The notes under the pieces: generated by a model | Database searches by the model: none | What the model was told of the DNA's origin: nothing | What the model saw: only the letters and a program-made list of their open reading frames with translations | Made by a program: the position numbers and the translations under genes | Assembly (NCBI GenBank): GCA_963668625.2 | Contig: CAXXKA010000008.1 | Span: 896,001 to 960,000 of the forward strand | Origin: an uncultured candidate division Zixibacteria bacterium | GTDB taxonomy: Bacteria; Zixibacteria; MSB-5A5; UBA10806; 4484-95 | Length of the DNA stretch: 64,000 nucleotides | Direction of reading: 5' to 3' | In this document: in pieces, positions 40,512 through 47,712 of the stretch | Numbering within the stretch: the stretch's first letter is position 1 | Layout of the letters: the number at the start of each line of letters is the position of its first letter

Positions 40512-41903
40512 TTGGATATTATTAACAGCATTATAGATTTCTTGAATAAAATTGCCTGGGGTATTCCTGAGCAGATGCCGTATATGATCGTGCTGCTGGT
40601 CGGTACCGGTATATTTATCACCATACGTATGGGCTTTCCGCAGTTTAGACGGCTAAAGCACGCCATAGATATAACCCGCGGAAAGTATGATAACCCCGAG
40701 GATGCCGGCGATATCACGCATTTCCAGGCGCTCTCTACTGCGCTTTCAGCTACTATCGGTATCGGGAATATCTCGGGCGTAGCGCTGGCTATACATTACG
40801 GCGGCCCCGGGGCCCTGTTCTGGATGTGGATAACCGGGCTGTTCGGTACCTCGCTCAAGTTCGCCGAATGCACGCTATCGATGAAATACAGGAAAATCAA
40901 TCCCGATGGTTCGGCCTCGGGCGGCCCGATGTATTATATCGAGCAGGCGTTAGGCTGGAAATGGCTGGCTGTAATTTTCGCCACAGCTACCGCGATAAGC
41001 GCGCTCGGGCAAGGCAACTCGATACAGGGTTTTACCGTAGCCGATCAACTCAACTCCGATTTCGGTGTGCCGGTATGGATTACCGGCGTTATTTTAGCCT
41101 CCCTGGTGGGATCGGTGATTATTGGCGGTATCAAGCGCATCGCTAATGTCACCCGGATATTGGCTCCGACTATGACATTAATCTATGTGGCGGGCGGGCT
41201 TTTAATACTGTTTATGAATATCGATAAACTCCCGGATACATTCGGAATGATATTTAAATACGCCTTCGAGCCTCACGGTATAGTTGGCGGTTTCGCCGGC
41301 TCGGCGTTCATGCATACACTTATCTGGGGGTTCAAGCGCGGGTTGTTCTCCAACGAAGCCGGCCAGGGTTCCGCGGCTATCGCTCATTCGGCCGCTAAAA
41401 CAAAAGAGCCGGTACGCGAGGGAACGGTTGCCATGATGGGGCCGTACATCGATACTATAATCGTGTGTACTATCACCGGTCTGTGCATTCTGGTGACAGG
41501 AGCCTGGACAGATATAGTAAATGGCGAAGCGCTAAATGGCTCCCCGCTAACAGCTCATGCTTTTGGGAAGGGGCTGACATTCATGGGAGGTTACGGTTCG
41601 TTTATCGTAACCGGAGCGGTGCTTCTGTTTGCTACCTCCACTATTATAAGCTGGTCATATTATGGCGACCGAGCGGTGCAATATCTGTTCGGCGATGGCG
41701 CGGTCGTACCGTATCGGTATATTTACGTAGCAGTGTTATTCATTGGATGTATCGTAGGGTTGGAGCCGGTCTGGAATTTCGGGGATTTCGCCATTGCCTT
41801 GATGACCATTCCGAACCTGATAGCTCTAATCGCGCTCTCTAAAGTTACACGGAAACTGACAAGCGATTATTTCGGCCGCGAGCAAGTGCCGTATAAGAAA
41901 TAA
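40512..41903 (+). CDS. Sodium:alanine/glycine symporter (AgcS/AlsT family)
   Basis: ATIGIGNISGVA, GGPGALFWMW, GGPMYY, RGLFSNEAGQGS, TIISWSYYG. TTG start with GGAGGAG RBS. Confidence 0.94.
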   Translation: MDIINSIIDFLNKIAWGIPEQMPYMIVLLVGTGIFITIRMGFPQFRRLKHAIDITRGKYDNPEDAGDITHFQALSTALSATIGIGNISGVALAIHYGGPGALFWMWITGLFGTSLKFAECTLSMKYRKINPDGSASGGPMYYIEQALGWKWLAVIFATATAISALGQGNSIQGFTVADQLNSDFGVPVWITGVILASLVGSVIIGGIKRIANVTRILAPTMTLIYVAGGLLILFMNIDKLPDTFGMIFKYAFEPHGIVGGFAGSAFMHTLIWGFKRGLFSNEAGQGSAAIAHSAAKTKEPVREGTVAMMGPYIDTIIVCTITGLCILVTGAWTDIVNGEALNGSPLTAHAFGKGLTFMGGYGSFIVTGAVLLFATSTIISWSYYGDRAVQYLFGDGAVVPYRYIYVAVLFIGCIVGLEPVWNFGDFAIALMTIPNLIALIALSKVTRKLTSDYFGREQVPYKK

Positions 41904-41944
41904 TAGTTTGTCGTAGGGGTGTATCGCATACGCCTTTTTATTTG

Positions 41945-42265
41945 ATCCTAAAAAATACCGGTTTAGCCGGCATGTCCTTTTCCTTTTACAACACTAAACT
42001 CTATTTGACGGTGGTGTCAGGAATCCATTCCTGACACCTGATTTCATGCGGCATATCGCCGGGAAAGGATAAACAAAGGACTTCGCCCGCCCAGCGACTC
42101 ATGCAAATGGCTTTTTCAACAACCCCGGAGGATGTAATCCAGTATGTCCTTTTCTTTTTATAACACTAAACTCTATTTCTCTTTAGTTAGCTTATGTGGA
42201 GGGGAGACAAAACGAAGTTTCTAGAATACGGCGGGTTACAAAATCGGAGTTTTGTAACCAGTACA
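41945..42265. repeat. About 150-bp intergenic repeat, interrupted copy
   Basis: 41945-42006 plus 42144-42265 match 46441-46589. A 35-bp internal duplication flanks a 137-bp insert. Confidence 0.8.
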
Positions 42266-42354
42266 AGTATAAATCGAAACAGAGTTTGGTGGCGAGAAGT
42301 AAAAAAGGCGTACCTTTTCAGATACGCCCATAATAATAGTCATGCCGGCTATCG

Positions 42355-42948
42355 CTACATTTTCTCTTTAACCAGCTCAATCTCGAGATCAATTTTAATA
42401 TCATTGCCTACTACCAGTTTACCATCCTTAAGCTTGCTATCGAAAGCAACGTTATAGTCCTGACGGTTGATACTTGTATTAGCGGCAAAGCCGGCTCTCG
42501 TATTTCCCCAGGGGTCCTCAACGATTCCACTGAACTCGGCCATCAGGGTAACGGGATGAGTTACACCCTTGATAGTCAAATCGCCCATAATCTTGAGATT
42601 GCCGTCAGCATCCGGAGGCATTACCTTAGTTGACTTGAATGTCATTGTCGGGTATTTCTCGACCTCGAAGAAATCCCCCGAACGAAGATGGTCATCACGC
42701 TTGGTGTCATTGGTATTGATAGAATTAACCTGTATGGTAATTTCGACTTTAGCATCGCTCCAGTTTTTGCCATCGAACATGACATGCCCGTCATACTCCC
42801 CGAATTCGCCTCGGACATTCGAAATCATCAGGTGCTTGACCTTAAAACCGATTTCACTATGAGATTTATCAAAAGTCCATTTGTCGGCTTTCGCGCCAAC
42901 CGCAAACACTAAAATTAATGCAAATACTATCGCTACACGTTTAAACAT
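42355..42948 (-). CDS. YceI-family lipid/isoprenoid-binding protein
   Basis: Signal peptide, DKSHSEIGFKVKHLMISNVRG, RDDHLRSGDFF, GDLTIKGVT. Start ATG 42948 after AGGAG. Confidence 0.93.
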   Translation of the reverse strand: MFKRVAIVFALILVFAVGAKADKWTFDKSHSEIGFKVKHLMISNVRGEFGEYDGHVMFDGKNWSDAKVEITIQVNSINTNDTKRDDHLRSGDFFEVEKYPTMTFKSTKVMPPDADGNLKIMGDLTIKGVTHPVTLMAEFSGIVEDPWGNTRAGFAANTSINRQDYNVAFDSKLKDGKLVVGNDIKIDLEIELVKEKM

Positions 42949-43255
42949 CTTATTGTTCTCCTTATTTATTGCCCGGTTCTTTTTGATTATCTTCTTCATT
43001 TCCAACCGATTAATAAAAACTGATATACTTTAGTAATGGTTCCATTCCCTTGATTAATTATACAGCAAGACATTATATTCTTAATTACCCGGTTTTTAAA
43101 ATCTAAAAGCAAAATGTAAAAAATCTCATATCTATGTGATAATCTTCACAACTTATTATTGTCAATAAGGTTAGTACGTAGCTGGTTTAATAATAAGGAA
43201 TACAAGTCTATTTTATTGTGTTGTTTACTATTATAAGATAATCAGGTAAAAAAGT

Positions 43256-43300
43256 ACTTGACTTATAAAACTTATCAATTTACTATAGTTTAAGTCAAGT
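43256..43300 (+). promoter_or_regulatory. Promoter flanked by a 10-bp inverted repeat (candidate Rrf2 operator)
   Basis: ACTTGACTTA-25 bp-TAAGTCAAGT around TTGACT-17 bp-TACTAT. Confidence 0.65.
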
Positions 43301-43322
43301 GTGACTATAAATAAGGTGGTTT

Positions 43323-43856
43323 ATGAAATTTTCGACTCGCGCAAGATACGGTTTACGAATGATGGTGGAACTGGCCAGACTTTTAGAAAAAGAGCGCCTG
43401 GTTCGTCTCGGGCGAATAGCTAAAATCACCGGGCTTTCGGAAAATTACCTGGCGCAATTGGCGATCTCCCTAAAAAACAGCGGTTTATTAATCGGCATAT
43501 CCGGTAAAAAAGGCGGCTATCAACTGGCAAAACCGGCCAGGGAGATAAAAATCGGTGAGATAGTGCAGGCGGTTGCCGGGCCTCTCACCGCTACCGATTG
43601 CGTGAACCACCCGGAAACCTGCCTCAATGCCAGTTTTTGCGAGGCCCGAGTGCTCTGGGTACTGATAACCCATAGTATCGAAAATATTCTGGATGATTAC
43701 AGCCTGGCCGATCTCATAAGCCACAATTGGCTGGAAAGTGTCAGACAACAACATCCCGGCCTGGCGATGCTGAACCCGGATATCTTGATTAAAGATGAAA
43801 ATAGTGAAACCTTACCGGGCTGCCCGGTGAGTTCTAATAATCGAGAGGAGAAATAA
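43323..43856 (+). CDS. Rrf2-family transcriptional regulator with three Cys
   Basis: MKFSTRARYGLR, YLAQL, GKKGGYQLA, C-x6-C-x5-C. Confidence 0.92.
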   Translation: MKFSTRARYGLRMMVELARLLEKERLVRLGRIAKITGLSENYLAQLAISLKNSGLLIGISGKKGGYQLAKPAREIKIGEIVQAVAGPLTATDCVNHPETCLNASFCEARVLWVLITHSIENILDDYSLADLISHNWLESVRQQHPGLAMLNPDILIKDENSETLPGCPVSSNNREEK

Positions 43857-43858
43857 AA

Positions 43859-44776
43859 ATGATGGTTATCCAGATGGTGACCTATATCTCCCTGATAATT
43901 GCCGTAGTCGCGATGATTGTCAAGGCGATGAGGTATGCCAACGCACCCGAGCACCTGAGATGGGAACTCTATCCTGTACCGCATGAAGGTGACCGAGCCG
44001 AATACGGTGGTTCATATCTCGAGGAGCTTGACTGGTGGACAAAAAAGCGTCACGCGGATCATTTCAAAGAGATTAAAGAGATGATGGCCGAGATCATTTT
44101 TTTGAAAGGCGTATTTAATAACAACAAACGTGTCTGGACATCCTCGTTTCCTTTCCATTTCGGATTATACCTCTGTATAGGCTGGTTGGTGATGCTTCTT
44201 GGAGGCGCTATCGCGGAGAAATTAGGTGTAGAGATTTCAGCGAATGCCGGTGCAATAGGGATTATCATCCATTACCTGACTATCATTGCCGGTTATCTCG
44301 GCCTGGTTTTGGCCGGACTGGGAGCGTTCGGGCTATTTATCTGGAGAGCAACCGACCCCAAGCAGAAACCGTATAATTCACCGGCCGAGTATTTTAATTT
44401 AATCGTGTTCGATATAGTAGTCGTCGTTACCTTAATAGCCCAGCTTACCGGCGATTTCGGTTTCGAGACCTTGCGTGCTTATGTCGGCTCGCTCGTAACG
44501 TTCTCTCCGGCGCCGGCGCTATCGGGTTGGATGGTTGCCGAGATCGTCGTCGTCTCGTTAATAATCATGTACATTCCTCTCACCAGGATGTCGCATTTTG
44601 TTGCGAAATACTTCCTCTATCATGCCGTACGCTGGAACGATGAGCCGAACCCGAAAGGCAGCGCGATCGAGAAGCGTATCGCCGAGCTTCTGCAGCAAAA
44701 AGTCGGCTGGAAAGCCTCACACATGTCCACGGGTAAGTCCTGGGTTGAGGTGGTAAAGGAGACTGACAATGAGTAA
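43859..44776 (+). CDS. DsrM/NarI-like membrane cytochrome b subunit
   Basis: LRWELYPVPHE, FPFHFGLY, YIPLTRMSHF. About five TM helices. Confidence 0.8.
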   Translation: MMVIQMVTYISLIIAVVAMIVKAMRYANAPEHLRWELYPVPHEGDRAEYGGSYLEELDWWTKKRHADHFKEIKEMMAEIIFLKGVFNNNKRVWTSSFPFHFGLYLCIGWLVMLLGGAIAEKLGVEISANAGAIGIIIHYLTIIAGYLGLVLAGLGAFGLFIWRATDPKQKPYNSPAEYFNLIVFDIVVVVTLIAQLTGDFGFETLRAYVGSLVTFSPAPALSGWMVAEIVVVSLIIMYIPLTRMSHFVAKYFLYHAVRWNDEPNPKGSAIEKRIAELLQQKVGWKASHMSTGKSWVEVVKETDNE

Positions 44777-46379
44777 ACAGATTAAAGTTAAAGATATCAG
44801 TATCAAAGGCAAACAGCTTGTCGAAATAGATAAACACAGGCTGCCCAAATTACCCTATCCGTACGAGGATTGGGTCGAAGCCGATATCCCGCAGATTTCC
44901 GAGGAGAAGCGCAAGCAGGTGGATGTTTCCCTCGACGGTATTTTGAACCCGGCTATTCCAATTCCTGAAACCGAGGAGCAAAAGCAGAAACTGGTCGCAG
45001 ATTTTCTCGAGGGCTTGAAAAACTTATTGAGCCAGGAAAACAACTGGACATTCTTGAAACCTTTGATGCTTTCGCTGGATAACTGCGTTAAATGCAATAC
45101 CTGCAGTGATGCTTGCCCGATATTCAAAGAGAGCGGCGAGATCGAGGTTTACCGACCGCTTTTCCGCTCGGATGTCCTTCGCCGTATTATCCGTAAATAT
45201 ATCAAACCCGGTGGCAAATTAACCGCGGCATTCTCGGGCAATAATATCGATTTGAACTGGGAGACTATATCCCGATTAGCGCAGCTTTCGTATCGCTGTA
45301 CGCTTTGCCGTAGATGCGCCCAAACCTGCCCGATGGGGGTCGATAACGGCCTGTTGACCCGTGAAATCAGGAAGCTGTTCTCTCAGCAGTTAGGGATTTA
45401 CCCGGCCGAGCTTCATAAAGAAGGCACGATCAAACAGCTCCAGACGGGATCATCCACCGGCATAAATACCGCCGCCTTCCTGGATATTGTCGAGTTCATG
45501 GAGGAGGATATAACCGATAGAACCGGACTGAATATCAAGATACCCGTCGATAAACCGGATGCCGATATTCTGCTGGTACATAACGCCGGCGAGTTTTTAT
45601 CCTGGCCGGAAAATGTCGAGGCGTTCGCTATCATATTCGAGGCCGCCGGTTTAAGTTGGACATTAACCAGCCAGGAGGTCGGATACGACTCGGTCAACTA
45701 CGGCTTATTCTACGATGACGCCCAGCTTGCTAAGGTAACCTTAAAACATGCTGAATCAGCCAAGAAACTCAACGCCAAGAAAGTGGTAGTTGGAGAGTGC
45801 GGCCATGCCCATAAAGCCATGATGGCTATCGGCGATAGAATCTGGCTGGCCGAATCGAATACCCCGCGTGAGTCGAGCCTTGTGCTACTCGATCATATCG
45901 TATCCAAGGGTATGATAAAGCTCGATCCTGAGAAGAATAATTTCCCGGTTACCCTTCACGATCCCTGCAACGTTACTCGTTCGATGGGTATTATCGAACC
46001 CCAGCGTCGCGTTATCCGTAAAATCTGCCCGCAGTTCCGGGAGATGACACCGCATGGTGTGAAAAACTATTGCTGCGGCGGCGGTTCGGGATTTGCGATC
46101 ATGCAGAGTAACAATTTCCCTAGTTGGCGCAACGCTATCGCCGGTAGACGGAAATTCGCCCAGATACTAAACGCATTTACCAAAGAGGAGCTCGAACCGT
46201 CAGTCAACAAATATGTCTGCGCGCCGTGCTCCAACTGCAAAGGTCAGATCAGGGATTTGATCACTCACTATGACGCTTACGAGAAGATCCGCCTTCTGTA
46301 TGGAGGCCTGGTAGAGCTGATAGTAAACGCCATGCCTGAGGTAAACAAGGAATTCATCGAGTGGGATGATTTCCATTAG
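44769..46379 (+). CDS. DsrK/HdrD-like iron-sulfur protein with CCG domain
   Basis: CVKCNTCSDACP, CTLCRRCAQTCP, GECGH, HDPCN, CCGGGSG, CSNC. Confidence 0.88.
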   Translation: MSKQIKVKDISIKGKQLVEIDKHRLPKLPYPYEDWVEADIPQISEEKRKQVDVSLDGILNPAIPIPETEEQKQKLVADFLEGLKNLLSQENNWTFLKPLMLSLDNCVKCNTCSDACPIFKESGEIEVYRPLFRSDVLRRIIRKYIKPGGKLTAAFSGNNIDLNWETISRLAQLSYRCTLCRRCAQTCPMGVDNGLLTREIRKLFSQQLGIYPAELHKEGTIKQLQTGSSTGINTAAFLDIVEFMEEDITDRTGLNIKIPVDKPDADILLVHNAGEFLSWPENVEAFAIIFEAAGLSWTLTSQEVGYDSVNYGLFYDDAQLAKVTLKHAESAKKLNAKKVVVGECGHAHKAMMAIGDRIWLAESNTPRESSLVLLDHIVSKGMIKLDPEKNNFPVTLHDPCNVTRSMGIIEPQRRVIRKICPQFREMTPHGVKNYCCGGGSGFAIMQSNNFPSWRNAIAGRRKFAQILNAFTKEELEPSVNKYVCAPCSNCKGQIRDLITHYDAYEKIRLLYGGLVELIVNAMPEVNKEFIEWDDFH

Positions 46380-46409
46380 AGATATAGATATTACAAACAT
46401 GATTCTTTT

Positions 46410-46436
46410 AAAGCCCGGTGTAAGTCGGGCTTTTTT
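46410..46436 (+). terminator. Intrinsic terminator
   Basis: AAAGCCCG/CGGGCTTT stem followed by a T-tract. Confidence 0.7.
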
Positions 46437-46440
46437 GTTT

Positions 46441-46589
46441 ATCCTAAAAACCATCGGTTTAGCCGATACGTCCTTTTCTTTTTATAACACTAAACTCTAT
46501 TTCTATTTAGTTAGCTTATATATAGGGGAAACAGAACGAAGTTTTTAAAATACGGTTGGTTACAAAATCGGAGTTTTGTAACCAGTACA
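46441..46589. repeat. About 150-bp intergenic repeat, uninterrupted copy
   Basis: Matches the split copy at 41945-42265. Ends in palindrome GGTTACAAAA-TCGGAG-TTTTGTAACC. Confidence 0.8.
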
Positions 46590-46604
46590 CCCCTTGCCAA
46601 CCCC

Positions 46605-46632
46605 TGGATCCTGAATCAAGTTCAGGCTGACA
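46605..46632 (-). repeat. TGTCA..AACTTGATT..GGATCCA palindromic repeat, other copy at 56590-56617
   Basis: Reverse complement TGTCAGCCTGAACTTGATTCAGGATCCA versus TGTCATCCCAAACTTGATTTGGGATCCA, with compensatory stem changes. Confidence 0.65.
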
Positions 46633-46754
46633 TAGCCAGCTTAGGCCGACTGGGTAAAAGTCACCGGTCCTGTGGCCGGAAATAGTTTACTGCGAGGTTC
46701 GGTTCTTTCCTGATTCATGAATTTCAATAACGAAGTTTAATGATTTATCCAATC

Positions 46755-46787
46755 AAAAATAAGGCAGGAGCATGCCGCTCCTGCCTT
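46755..46787 (-). terminator. Intrinsic terminator closing the peptidase-peptide operon
   Basis: Perfect 11-bp stem AAGGCAGGAGC/GCTCCTGCCTT, followed by ATTTTT on the minus strand. Confidence 0.75.
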
Positions 46788-46801
46788 TCGCTGAAAACTA
46801 G

Positions 46802-46960
46802 TTACTCATCGAGCAAATCCCCGGCATCATCCGAGAAAAGACTACACATTCTGGGACGCCCACCGGAACCATCGCACCAGATAGCCGACTGCCCTCCGGC
46901 GCCATCCATAACCGTATATGAATTACCGCCTACGGAATCATGAAAGAGTCTAGCGAACAT
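46802..46960 (-). CDS. Repeat peptide P3 (52 aa), putative precursor
   Basis: MFARLFHDSVGGNSYTVMDGAGGQSAIWCDGSGGRPRMCSLFSDDAGDLLDE. GGAGG RBS. Homologous to P1 and P2. Confidence 0.85.
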   Translation of the reverse strand: MFARLFHDSVGGNSYTVMDGAGGQSAIWCDGSGGRPRMCSLFSDDAGDLLDE

Positions 46961-47083
46961 ATCGTCCTCCCTGTTAAGATTTTTTGTGATAAGAAACTCC
47001 ACTGCCTGTGATTGATAATTTGTTAGCGAAATTTCCAGTTAAAAGAGCAACAGCAACGTATCTCGATAGATTGCCGATTGGAG

Positions 47084-47209
47084 TTACTCATCGAGCATGT
47101 CGCCGATATCCTCGACCGGCGAATTACCATACAACGAATGACCGCCTTTATAATCAGCGACGACCAGTTGAGGAACATTACCGTTATCCGCAACGATCCA
47201 ATTGTACAT
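47084..47209 (-). CDS. Repeat peptide P2 (41 aa), putative precursor, absent from the ORF track
   Basis: Manual translation MYNWIVADNGNVPQLVVADYKGGHSLYGNSPVEDIGDMLDE. AAGGAAGG RBS. Shared C-terminus. Confidence 0.82.
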   Translation of the reverse strand: MYNWIVADNGNVPQLVVADYKGGHSLYGNSPVEDIGDMLDE

Positions 47210-47305
47210 CCGTACCTTCCTTGTTAAAATTCATACTTCATCTAACAAGACGATGATTAGCTCCCAGGCGGAGGAGTCAATCCCCCACCTGAGAAAGCGC
47301 TACTG

Positions 47306-47629
47306 CTATTCAGCCAGCACATCACCGATATCGGATGACGGTAAGGAACCGGCCTTAGCTCCACCTCCCGAGCCATCGCTCATGATACGAGGTCTGCCAC
47401 CTGAGCCATCGAGATAAATCAGTGGCCTGCCGCCAGCTCCGTCACAACAGACATAAGGCCGGCCGCCTGAGCCATCAAGCTCGATGTAGGGTCGTCCACC
47501 CGCGCCATCAGACATGATGTAGGGTCGTCCGCCTGAGCCATCAGACATGATGTAGGGTTGTCCACCCGCACCATCACTCATGATAAAAGGCTGCCCCCCG
47601 GCACCATCCATCCAAATTCTTCCATACAT
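47306..47629 (-). CDS. Repeat peptide P1 (107 aa, eight DG[AS]GG units at 11-aa period), putative multi-core precursor
   Basis: ATG 47629 with AAGGAGG RBS. 33-nt tandem repeats with synonymous variation. C-terminus SDIGDVLAE. Confidence 0.9.
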   Translation of the reverse strand: MYGRIWMDGAGGQPFIMSDGAGGQPYIMSDGSGGRPYIMSDGAGGRPYIELDGSGGRPYVCCDGAGGRPLIYLDGSGGRPRIMSDGSGGGAKAGSLPSSDIGDVLAE

Positions 47630-47712
47630 TTTCTTCCTCCTTTTGAAAGAAATTTGAAATATTGCTAATTCGGTGGAAAGTATTGATCCCACCGTTTCGA
47701 GAACTAATTCGA

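Noticed and set aside
47340-47612. 33-nt tandem repeats as a possible CRISPR array
   Set aside because: No unique spacers. The period is a multiple of three, variation is largely synonymous, the repeats lie in an ORF with an RBS, and no cas genes are present.
46802-47629. Assigning the peptides to lasso peptides, cyanobactins or lanthipeptides
   Set aside because: No N-terminal leader, and no lasso cyclase, PatA/PatG protease, YcaO or Lan enzyme in the window. The similarity is architectural only.
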